Assembly: GCF_001306055.1 (NCBI RefSeq)
Contig: NZ_LGHJ01000017.1
Span: 1-32,000, forward strand
Length of the DNA stretch: 32,000 nt
Origin: Bellilinea caldifistulae
GTDB lineage: Bacteria; Chloroflexota; Anaerolineae; Anaerolineales; Anaerolineaceae
Reading direction: 5' to 3'
In this document: positions 24,662 through 32,000 of the stretch, piece after piece
Layout: every line of letters begins with the position of its first letter
How positions within the stretch are numbered: position 1 is the stretch's first letter
The notes under the pieces: model-generated
Told to the model about the DNA's origin: nothing
The model's input: the letters and a program-made list of their open reading frames with translations, nothing else
The model's database searches: none
Position numbers and translations under genes: made by a program

Positions 24662-25465
24662 ATGAAAACGGCCAAACTTCGCCCCACAAACCGCATGGAA
24701 GCAGTGACCAGCCGTTGGTGGTTCCTGCTGATTGTCATTTTGATCAGTTTTTTTCCTCTTTATTCCCAACAGCCCTACGACCCGCGCCAAACCTCCGAAG
24801 TCATCAGCGCGGTACTGGCTTCACCGCTGATTTACTCGTTGCCAGCACTCTTTCCTCTGTTCAAAATCATCCCGCTGGCTTTGACCGTCTGGCTATTGTT
24901 TGAGCCGATTAAGGCGCTGCGCTGGTTTGCCCTCTATGCTGCGCTCAATCTGTTCGGAATTGCCTTCTTTCAGAACAGCGCCCTCACCTCCCAGTATGGA
25001 CTGGTGATTATCACCGGAAATGTAATTCTCTTCGGCGCAATCGGCGCAGCATGGCTTGCGGAGGCAATGAATCCCCGCTTAATTTTTTCAACCCGTCCTT
25101 TGACGACCCGGGCTTTGATCCTTGTGCCGTTGATGTTGCTTGCCTTCTGGATGCCGATTCAAACCGAAACTATGCGCCTGAATCTCGATCCAGCATTGCT
25201 TTTTACCAATGAAGCGGGATTGACCGGCTGCATGATGCTACCCCTTTATACCGGCATGCTGGTGATTGCTTACCCTCAGGTTAACCGGGTTTTGCTGCGC
25301 CTGAGCGGCTTCATCGGTCTGCTAATCGCCTTTTTTAATTTACTGACCCATTTTGTTTTTGTGCCTGCCAATTTCTGGATGGGCGTGCTGCATCTGCCGT
25401 TGTTCTTCATCTCCCTGACGGCATTTGTCTTATCGCTGCGGAAACCAACCTCTCAACCGGCCTGA
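24662..25465 (+). CDS. Polytopic membrane protein, unknown function
   Basis: 267 aa with at least 6 hydrophobic segments. GGAG lies 10 nt before ATG 24662. No recognisable motif. Confidence 0.55.
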   Translation: MKTAKLRPTNRMEAVTSRWWFLLIVILISFFPLYSQQPYDPRQTSEVISAVLASPLIYSLPALFPLFKIIPLALTVWLLFEPIKALRWFALYAALNLFGIAFFQNSALTSQYGLVIITGNVILFGAIGAAWLAEAMNPRLIFSTRPLTTRALILVPLMLLAFWMPIQTETMRLNLDPALLFTNEAGLTGCMMLPLYTGMLVIAYPQVNRVLLRLSGFIGLLIAFFNLLTHFVFVPANFWMGVLHLPLFFISLTAFVLSLRKPTSQPA

Positions 25466-25521
25466 ACCAGCCGCCCTGAAATTAACCCAAGCCGCGCGCC
25501 ATCCGGTATAATTGGCGCGGT

Positions 25522-26235
25522 ATGGAAAAATGGGTCAAAGACCTGAAAACACTGGTGGGGATCCAACTGACCGCCCGGCAAATTGCCGCCTTTCAGCGTT
25601 ATGAGGATGAACTGCTGGAATGGAACAGCCGCATGAATCTGACCGCCATCCGCGATCGCGAGGGGATACGCACCAAACATTTCCTTGACTCGCTCAGTTG
25701 TATTCTTGCTTTTCGCGAACGCCCCCCCGAACGTCTGATTGACATCGGCACCGGAGCCGGATTTCCGGGTATTCCCCTCAAAATCATTTACCCGCGCATG
25801 AAACTTACGCTGGTTGAATCGGTTGGCAAGAAGCTGGAATTTTGCCGTCATATCGTTCAAACGCTCAAGCTGGAGGATGTAACCCTGCTCCAGGCCCGTG
25901 CTGAAGCGCTCGGCCAGGATCGCGCCTACCGCGAGCAGTATGACTGGGCAGTTGCCCGGGCGGTTGCCACCCTGCCCGTTTTAGCCGAATATCTACTACC
26001 GCTGGTTGCGCTGGGCGGAAAAATGCTGGCACAAAAAGGAGAAAGTGCCCATACCGAAGCGGTTGCCGCGGAAAAAGCCATCCGCGTACTGGGAGGTGAG
26101 CTCCAGCAAATCATTCCCGTTCTGGTACCGGGCATTGCCGAAGAACGTTATTTGGTCGTGGTGGATAAAGTCGCTATTACTCCGCCCGGTTATCCAAGGC
26201 GGGTTGGCTTACCTGCTCGCCGTCCAATTCAGTAA
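25522..26235 (+). CDS. rsmG: 16S rRNA (guanine527-N7)-methyltransferase
   Basis: NSRMNLTAIRD, KHFLDSL, DIGTGAGFPGIPLKI, 237 aa. Confidence 0.9.
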   Translation: MEKWVKDLKTLVGIQLTARQIAAFQRYEDELLEWNSRMNLTAIRDREGIRTKHFLDSLSCILAFRERPPERLIDIGTGAGFPGIPLKIIYPRMKLTLVESVGKKLEFCRHIVQTLKLEDVTLLQARAEALGQDRAYREQYDWAVARAVATLPVLAEYLLPLVALGGKMLAQKGESAHTEAVAAEKAIRVLGGELQQIIPVLVPGIAEERYLVVVDKVAITPPGYPRRVGLPARRPIQ

Positions 26236-27450
26236 TCAGGCGGGTTGATCAACCCGCTGCACACAGCCGGCCTGTACCTGCCAGACGGTACATTGACGCA
26301 CGAAAGCCTCATGGAACATATTCAAGTCGGTAGTGGTCAACAACGCCTGATCACACTCTCTCAGCGCGTTCAGCAAGTCGGCGCGCCGCTGAAGATCCAG
26401 CTCTGCCAGGGTTTCATCCAGCAGCAGCACCGGCCATTCCCCAATTTTTTCCCGCATCCAGGCGACCTCGGCCAGTTTTAACGCCATGAGGGCCGTGCGC
26501 ACCTGCCCGCGCGAGCCAAAATCCCCCAGATCAATCCCGTTAGCAGTAAAACGCACCTCATCGCGGTGCGGCCCGATGGTGGTCACTCCACGCTGGATCT
26601 CTTCGGCCCTCAGCGCCCGCAAGCGAGCAAGGAAACCTTCGCGGATCTGCTCCTCCGTGAATCCACTGCGATCAACCGTCGTTTCGATGGGCAGGCTGTA
26701 CTGAGTCCGCAAGGCAACCGCAGGGTTATAAGCGGGACGGTAAACCAACCGAAGCACCTCCCTGCCTTCCGTCAGGCGGTCATGGATGCGTGCAGACAGT
26801 CTTTCCAGTTCGCTCAAAGCGCGAATGCGTTCCTGAATCAGAAATGCTCCCCGCTGCGCCAAAAGAGTGTCCCAGTAGGTCAACTGCTCGCTGTCCCCGC
26901 CACGCTCGGCCAATTGCTTCAACAAAGCATTGCGTTGGGTCACCACCTGCACATATTCGGTCAGTGCCTGAGCGTAACCCGGCACAATCTGCGAAAGGGT
27001 CAGGTTCAGGTAACGGCGGCGTTCGTCAGGGCCTCCTTCCAGAATCTGGGTCATTTGTGGCAGAAACAGAACGGCGTTGAAGCTGCCCATGGCTTCCTGC
27101 ATGGAACGTTTGACACCGTCCATCAGAATTTCTTTGCGCAGTCGTGCACCGTTTGCGCCTACTGCATCTTGAATCAGACGAATCTCCAAACGGTGCATTT
27201 TGCCGCCGCGCTGAAAATCGGCCACCACCCGGGCAAACGGCAGGCTCTCTTCTTCCGCCATGAAATTAATCAGTTGCCGGTCATGAGCGGCGTGAAAAGA
27301 AGTAAACGTCGCCAAAAAGTACACCGCTTCCAGCAGGGTGGTTTTCCCCTGCGCATTATCCCCCACCAGCAAGAGAATCTGACGCGGAACCTCTACATCC
27401 AGTCGGCTAAAGGCTCGGAAATTGGTCAGGGAAAGGTGGGTCAGATGCAT
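26236..27450 (-). CDS. recF: DNA replication and repair protein RecF
   Basis: LSLTNFRAF..., Walker A GDNAQGKTTLLEA, C-terminal LLLDETLAELD. Confidence 0.9.
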   Translation of the reverse strand: MHLTHLSLTNFRAFSRLDVEVPRQILLLVGDNAQGKTTLLEAVYFLATFTSFHAAHDRQLINFMAEEESLPFARVVADFQRGGKMHRLEIRLIQDAVGANGARLRKEILMDGVKRSMQEAMGSFNAVLFLPQMTQILEGGPDERRRYLNLTLSQIVPGYAQALTEYVQVVTQRNALLKQLAERGGDSEQLTYWDTLLAQRGAFLIQERIRALSELERLSARIHDRLTEGREVLRLVYRPAYNPAVALRTQYSLPIETTVDRSGFTEEQIREGFLARLRALRAEEIQRGVTTIGPHRDEVRFTANGIDLGDFGSRGQVRTALMALKLAEVAWMREKIGEWPVLLLDETLAELDLQRRADLLNALRECDQALLTTTDLNMFHEAFVRQCTVWQVQAGCVQRVDQPA

Positions 27451-27480
27451 GAAGGCAAATCGCTAAGGCTGATCAGTGGA

Positions 27481-27993
27481 TTAATCCAGCAAAGTGGCTT
27501 CTTCTTCCGGGGTCGGCTTCCAAACCCGCGTCGCCCGGTCGGTGAACAGGATGCCTTCGAGATGATCAATCTCATGCTGGAAAATCCGTGCCAGCCAGCC
27601 TTTGGCTTTAATGCGCAGCGGCTGTCCGCGCCGGTTCTGGCCGCGAATCACCACCTGAAGCGGACGCTCCACCTCCCCAACCAGCCCGGGGATGGAAAGA
27701 CAACCTTCAATGCCTTTCTCCGTCTCCGTTGAAACTTTGACAATTTCGGGATTGGCCACCACGAACAGTTTTTTGGGGGCATCATCTTCCTCATCGTTCT
27801 CAGCGTATTCCACCACAATCAGCCGCTCGGAAACGCCCACCTGTGGAGCCGCCAGTCCAACGCCCGGCGCCTGCCGCATGGTTTCCACCATGTCGTCAAT
27901 CAATTTTTGTAAATTTGCATCAAACACCGTCACCTTACGGGCTTTTCGGCGCAGCACCTCATCCGGAACGGTAACAATTTCTCGAATTGCCAT
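27481..27993 (-). CDS. def: Peptide deformylase
   Basis: GVGLAAPQVG, EGCLSIPG, QHEIDHLEG. Confidence 0.95.
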   Translation of the reverse strand: MAIREIVTVPDEVLRRKARKVTVFDANLQKLIDDMVETMRQAPGVGLAAPQVGVSERLIVVEYAENDEEDDAPKKLFVVANPEIVKVSTETEKGIEGCLSIPGLVGEVERPLQVVIRGQNRRGQPLRIKAKGWLARIFQHEIDHLEGILFTDRATRVWKPTPEEEATLLD

Positions 27994-28042
27994 AAACTTT
28001 TACCCTGCTCTTAAGGAAGAATTGTACAGCCTGTAAATTGTA

Positions 28043-29710
28043 CTACGAATTTTCGCCCAATCGTGTCGGATTTTTACCGTTGCTCTTCCCCTGCACCATG
28101 CGGTGATACTCTTCGATCCAATCCGCCAGTTGTTCGTTGATCGAGGCTTCTGCCCGTTCTTCTTCACGCTGTTTGAATTCCATGAAACGTTGGAACAATT
28201 CGCGTTGCACCTCGGACGGCGCCATCACATTGTTGAAAGTCAGGGTCGAGTCGCCCACCCGAATGTAGACCGTGCCAAAGTTTAAGATCAAACCGATCAA
28301 CCCCAGCCGTTCAAAATCAATACTCAAAATATTTTTCAGGGGAGCTGAACGTTTTTGTTCGGTGCCGAGCGGCTTTTTATACACATCAATGATCGTATCG
28401 CGGGTGATGATATAACGGTCGTTCCGCCAATCGAAGTAGTTATATACCAACCAACCCGCTGTAATTGGCAGGAACAAAACCCCAATTACCAGCGCCAAAA
28501 CCGGCGGTAGTGGGAGAATACCAGCGAAAATGGAAATCATGGCCGCTACAACCACAAGTGACAAAAGGAATGGAAGCATCGTTTTCTTAAACAAGATAAA
28601 CCAGTGGGTGCGGTAAATGATGGTACCGTCCTGCTCAACCCGCAGCATGAACAAATCGGATAGGAACTGGGTCAACTTACCGCTCTTGACCACCGGTTTG
28701 ACTTCCTGCGAGGATGGCTGCGGGAGTGGTTCGTCAGCGCCGAGGTTCAAACGCCGCCGGATAATCTGGTCAATCGATTCTAGCCGGGCGCGTTTGCGGC
28801 TGGCTTTGGCCCTCTCGCGCATTTCATTAATCAGATTGACAATCAGGTAGGGCTGAGCCAGCCGCGAAAGGATCAACTCGCCGGTATATGTTCGGACGAT
28901 AATATCCCCATAGCCAATAATTCGTCCCAGTTGGGTGGTTCGCACATCATCAGCCAGCACGGCATCAAGCGGCACTTCCTGCCGGCTGTCGTAGATTAAT
29001 AAAATTTTTCGCAAATAAGCCACCCGACGGTTGGTGACGATCGAATAATCATTGTAAAAATCAACCACCACCCACACCAACCAGCCAAGATTGATCAGCA
29101 CTACCAGCAATAGTAACCCCATCCCCAACGCCGAGCCGCGAAACAGCACCACATCCAGATAAGAAGTAACAATCGTGGTCAACAAGGCCAAGAAAACCGG
29201 CAAAATCAGGCGCAGCACCAGAAAAATGGGATGATGCCTGCCGATGTAGTGAACCACCTCGCGCGGGCCCCGCCAGGGCATACGCGTCCGCATGGCGAGA
29301 TGATAACTGGCAGCCACCAGCCGAAAGGCAGCCTCCACTTTGGGGTATTCTTTTTTCAATTCATCAATCAGTTCGCCGTTGAAGCGCAGCACAATCACAT
29401 TCGTCAGCGCAGTGGCTGTAGCAAGGCGCGGCGGCGGGGTATCCGCCAGAGCCTCTTCTCCAAAATAATCCGGCTCGCTGAGAATGACTTTAATTTCCTC
29501 ATCTTTATAATGGCGCACCAGTTCAACCCGACCGCTGAACAGGAAATAAAAACTTTCCACGGGGGCATCCTGTTCAAAAATTACCTGCTTTTCCTGATAC
29601 AAAAAAGCCTCAACCCTGTTGGCGATCTCCTCAATTTGGGCCGGACTCAGGCTGATGAACAGATGCGACCCGCGCAACAGATCAATCACATCGCTGCGGT
29701 TGACTTCCAT
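28043..29710 (-). CDS. Membrane protein: N-terminal cyclic-nucleotide-binding domain fused to two TM/bacterial-PH (bPH_2, YdbT-like) modules
   Basis: The N-terminus has a cNMP-binding-domain-like pattern (LFISLSPAQIEEIANRV...IFEQDAPVESFYFLFSGRVEL). Two TM hairpins are each followed by YSIVTNRRVAYLRK / RYIITRDTIIDVYK type bPH strings. Confidence 0.65.
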   Translation of the reverse strand: MEVNRSDVIDLLRGSHLFISLSPAQIEEIANRVEAFLYQEKQVIFEQDAPVESFYFLFSGRVELVRHYKDEEIKVILSEPDYFGEEALADTPPPRLATATALTNVIVLRFNGELIDELKKEYPKVEAAFRLVAASYHLAMRTRMPWRGPREVVHYIGRHHPIFLVLRLILPVFLALLTTIVTSYLDVVLFRGSALGMGLLLLVVLINLGWLVWVVVDFYNDYSIVTNRRVAYLRKILLIYDSRQEVPLDAVLADDVRTTQLGRIIGYGDIIVRTYTGELILSRLAQPYLIVNLINEMRERAKASRKRARLESIDQIIRRRLNLGADEPLPQPSSQEVKPVVKSGKLTQFLSDLFMLRVEQDGTIIYRTHWFILFKKTMLPFLLSLVVVAAMISIFAGILPLPPVLALVIGVLFLPITAGWLVYNYFDWRNDRYIITRDTIIDVYKKPLGTEQKRSAPLKNILSIDFERLGLIGLILNFGTVYIRVGDSTLTFNNVMAPSEVQRELFQRFMEFKQREEERAEASINEQLADWIEEYHRMVQGKSNGKNPTRLGENS

Positions 29711-29734
29711 GAGTTAAAGTATATACGAAAATGA

Positions 29735-31444
29735 CTACTTCTTCGCTAAACGGCTCTGTTCCTTTTCGAAAATTCGCCTCAGAATGGCAACACTGGTGGC
29801 ATAGGTCGAGTCCATCCCAAAGTAAGAAAGCGTGCCCGCCCCCAAATTTTTACCTTTGCTCAAGGGAGTATCCGAAGCATAATGGAGAATGCCCAGATCA
29901 AAGGGAACTTCATAAAGATTGACCACTTCATTGATCGGGTGCCGCTTGGGACGAAACATCTCATACACCGCAGAAAGATAAGGGCCGGCTTCCATTTCAA
30001 TATCGGTATAACCTTCGCGGTAAATCACGTCCATGATACGGGCATTTTGTAAAAAGGTACCGTACACGCTGACTGCTTTTTGATTATCTAAAACCGTGCC
30101 GTACAACAAATACCGTGCCACATGCGAGGCATTGAACGCATTCTGGAACAGGAAGGTATTTTCGGAATGTTCATCCTGGACTACATTGGGAATCATCACA
30201 TCCCCAAGCCGGCCGTTCAAGGTAGCCGCCTTTCCCATGATATACACCCCCAAAATAGGATGAACGTGTTCGGAAATTTTGACCAGCAAATTATAGGCAG
30301 CCACCCCAAGGGGATAATCAATGTTCAAAATCAGAGCATCACTGCGTTCCAGCCAGGCAAGTTCGCCGTGTTTAATGCGTGGATCCATCCGAGCCGGGTC
30401 TAAACGGCGCAATTCAATTACCTGAGCTTCCACATCGAAATAATGCTCGCTCGGTATGCGCACAATCCCCAAATTGACTTCATCCATCGCCTGTGCATGA
30501 AGTAACGCTCGCCCTTCGCTGGTCTGCTGATATTTCTTCAAAACATAATACAGGAAGTTCTCCTGACTGGAAGGCACCTGCCCATTGCAAATGCTCTCCC
30601 ACTCGCGCTTGAGATCCTCGTTTTCCTTGCGATCCAGAAAGCGCATCAATTCATCACGATGTTGCAGGGCAAAACCGGTCGTCAGATTAATTAAGGAATG
30701 GGTGTTGCTGGAGACGAAATAAACCGGGCGGCCGGTCAGGATGGGACAGCATCGTTGGATATTATCCCACCAGGCCTGGGTAGCCCGGCGGTAGTCCGCC
30801 AGCGAACCGCTCAGCAGGCGCACCCCAATCCGGCAGCGTTTATGAGCAATCCGCTGTAAATTTGCGTAAAATTCCCGCCCCCACACCGTCCGCAGCCGTT
30901 CGAGGTCTTCCACCGTCATTTCCAGCGTATTAGCCAGTTGCCGAAAGGCATCTTCGTCCTTTGCCAGCGTCCGGGCATTCAGCGGACGCTGCCATCTTTG
31001 CAATAAGTTGTGTAATTTATTCCACTCAATCTGGTAAGCCGTCAGGGTTGGAATAATGTCATCAATATCCGAGCGGCTGGCAATGTAGCAGGCCAGCGTA
31101 TCTTTCCCGTTGAAAAAACAACGCCGGCGGCGAGCGCGCGCCGAAACCGGCTGCCAGTTTTCCACCTGACTGTAACCGTGCTGGTTAAAAACACTGGCGC
31201 TCTGCCCCAAAACCACCGAGCGCACCTCGGTCATGCAATCCGGCAGGCGCAGCGAGCTGTAAATCAGCGCAGAAATGTCCGGAGTGACTTTGCGCGCATC
31301 CGGGTGCAGAGATGAGTTGGTCGCCGCATGAACTTCTTCCAACGAGCGGATTTGAACCTCGGCTGAAGTTCGCAGTAACGAGTAAATGGTACGCAGGTAC
31401 AGGTCAATTTCTTCCGAAGCCGTGCTGGGAACTGTTCTCTCCAT
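29735..31444 (-). CDS. Protein with C-terminal nucleoside phosphorylase (PNP/UDP/AMP-nucleosidase) fold and about 350-aa N-terminal region of unknown function
   Basis: The C-terminus NIDYPLGVAAYNLL...YIMGKAATLNGRLGDVMIP...TDIEMEAGPY...HYASDTPL parallels UDP/Amn core strings (GIGGPS..., IGTTG...GDV, YEMESA, CVSDKPL) as recalled. Start is ATG 31444, with TTG 31474 as an alternative. Confidence 0.6.
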   Translation of the reverse strand: MERTVPSTASEEIDLYLRTIYSLLRTSAEVQIRSLEEVHAATNSSLHPDARKVTPDISALIYSSLRLPDCMTEVRSVVLGQSASVFNQHGYSQVENWQPVSARARRRRCFFNGKDTLACYIASRSDIDDIIPTLTAYQIEWNKLHNLLQRWQRPLNARTLAKDEDAFRQLANTLEMTVEDLERLRTVWGREFYANLQRIAHKRCRIGVRLLSGSLADYRRATQAWWDNIQRCCPILTGRPVYFVSSNTHSLINLTTGFALQHRDELMRFLDRKENEDLKREWESICNGQVPSSQENFLYYVLKKYQQTSEGRALLHAQAMDEVNLGIVRIPSEHYFDVEAQVIELRRLDPARMDPRIKHGELAWLERSDALILNIDYPLGVAAYNLLVKISEHVHPILGVYIMGKAATLNGRLGDVMIPNVVQDEHSENTFLFQNAFNASHVARYLLYGTVLDNQKAVSVYGTFLQNARIMDVIYREGYTDIEMEAGPYLSAVYEMFRPKRHPINEVVNLYEVPFDLGILHYASDTPLSKGKNLGAGTLSYFGMDSTYATSVAILRRIFEKEQSRLAKK

Positions 31445-31457
31445 GTCCCAAATTGTA

Positions 31458-31994
31458 TCACGAGGGCTCCCCAAACATACGGCTTAACGCCCGGCTTATG
31501 TGAATGACAGCCTTTTTGACCGGCACGCTGAGGGGCGCGTCAAACTCCAGGGTTTCAGGTTGAATGCCCAACAACACCACCCGGCAGCCCAGTTCTCTTT
31601 GTAAAAATTCTGCCAGCACCGAAGGTGGCAGGGTATGCGTCGAAGCACTTAAACCGTCCAGGGCTTCAACCTCAACCAGCATAACGCTGCCGGCTGACCG
31701 GCCCATCTCGGCGCTATCCACCATCACCACCACCTGTGGACGAAAGCGGCGCAGCCTTCCGGTCACATTCTCCGGGGCTGTGCCGCCTTCAATCAGCAGG
31801 AGATGATCCGATTGGTTTAATTTTTTCTGGAGGGTGCGCACGACCAGCACCCCAGCGGCATCATCTCCGTTGAACTGGTTACCAATACCGATAACTGCAA
31901 TCCGCAGCGGATGACCAACCTCACTCGCAAGGCGATTCAACAGGCTGCGCAGCTGCGCGCTCCATGAGGAAGCGGATGTCCTCGTCTTTTCCAT
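31458..31994 (-). CDS. Hydrogenase maturation endopeptidase (HycI/HoxW/HybD family)
   Basis: IAVIGIGNQFNGDDAAG, VVMVDSAEMG, SASTHTLPPS. 178 aa. Confidence 0.8.
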   Translation of the reverse strand: MEKTRTSASSWSAQLRSLLNRLASEVGHPLRIAVIGIGNQFNGDDAAGVLVVRTLQKKLNQSDHLLLIEGGTAPENVTGRLRRFRPQVVVMVDSAEMGRSAGSVMLVEVEALDGLSASTHTLPPSVLAEFLQRELGCRVVLLGIQPETLEFDAPLSVPVKKAVIHISRALSRMFGEPS

Positions 31995-32000
31995 AATAGA

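Noticed and set aside
25495-25519. CGCGCC/GGCGCG hairpin and a TATAAT (25507-25512) just upstream of rsmG
   Set aside because: The hairpin is short (6 bp) with no U-tract. The TATAAT lacks a -35 and sits in the hairpin loop. The support is too weak for a terminator or a leaderless promoter call.
26566-27732. 388-aa + strand ORF
   Set aside because: It is antisense to recF and def, both of which have diagnostic motifs.
1-32000. Search for CRISPR arrays, tRNA/rRNA genes, IS elements, prophage or toxin-antitoxin modules
   Set aside because: I saw no spaced direct-repeat arrays, no tRNA-like T-arm/acceptor patterns in intergenic regions, and no transposase-, integrase- or phage-like ORFs. The intergenic spaces are short and explained by promoters and leaders.

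Overview
This is a gene-dense bacterial chromosomal segment with about 30 supported CDS. I recognised no rRNA, tRNA, CRISPR array, transposase or integrase. GC looks mid-50s % by eye. The protein flavour suggests a Chloroflexota/Anaerolineae-like organism, but that placement is low confidence.

Main blocks, left to right:
- (-) fdrA, a DUF1116 (ylbE-like) gene and an internally duplicated cyclase-family gene, behind a consensus-like promoter and a long leader.
- (-) A GNAT-like gene with a long leader, then a membrane-anchored DsbA-like gene.
- (+) An IclR-HTH/PNPOx-like fusion regulator, translationally coupled to a NitT/TauT-type ABC transporter (ATPase, permease, lipoprotein SBP).
- (+) A CDF metal exporter and proS.
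- (-) An S9 peptidase and trxA.
- (+) 15944-22772, the most unusual part: an eight-gene co-directional chain of divergent TGT-family transglycosylase, Rmt/FmrO-like 16S rRNA m7G1405 methyltransferase, two DUF4190 membrane paralogs, an intramembrane-type histidine kinase, a NarL-type response regulator, a second divergent Rmt/FmrO-like methyltransferase and RsmF (m5C1407). Several junctions overlap by 8 or 4 nt.
- Next come rsmE plus a lipoprotein (-), a membrane protein and rsmG (+), and then on the minus strand recF, def, a cNMP-binding/bPH membrane protein, a nucleoside-phosphorylase-fold protein with a large unknown N-terminal region, and a hydrogenase maturation protease.

All functional calls come from motif recognition by eye. 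No database search was run.
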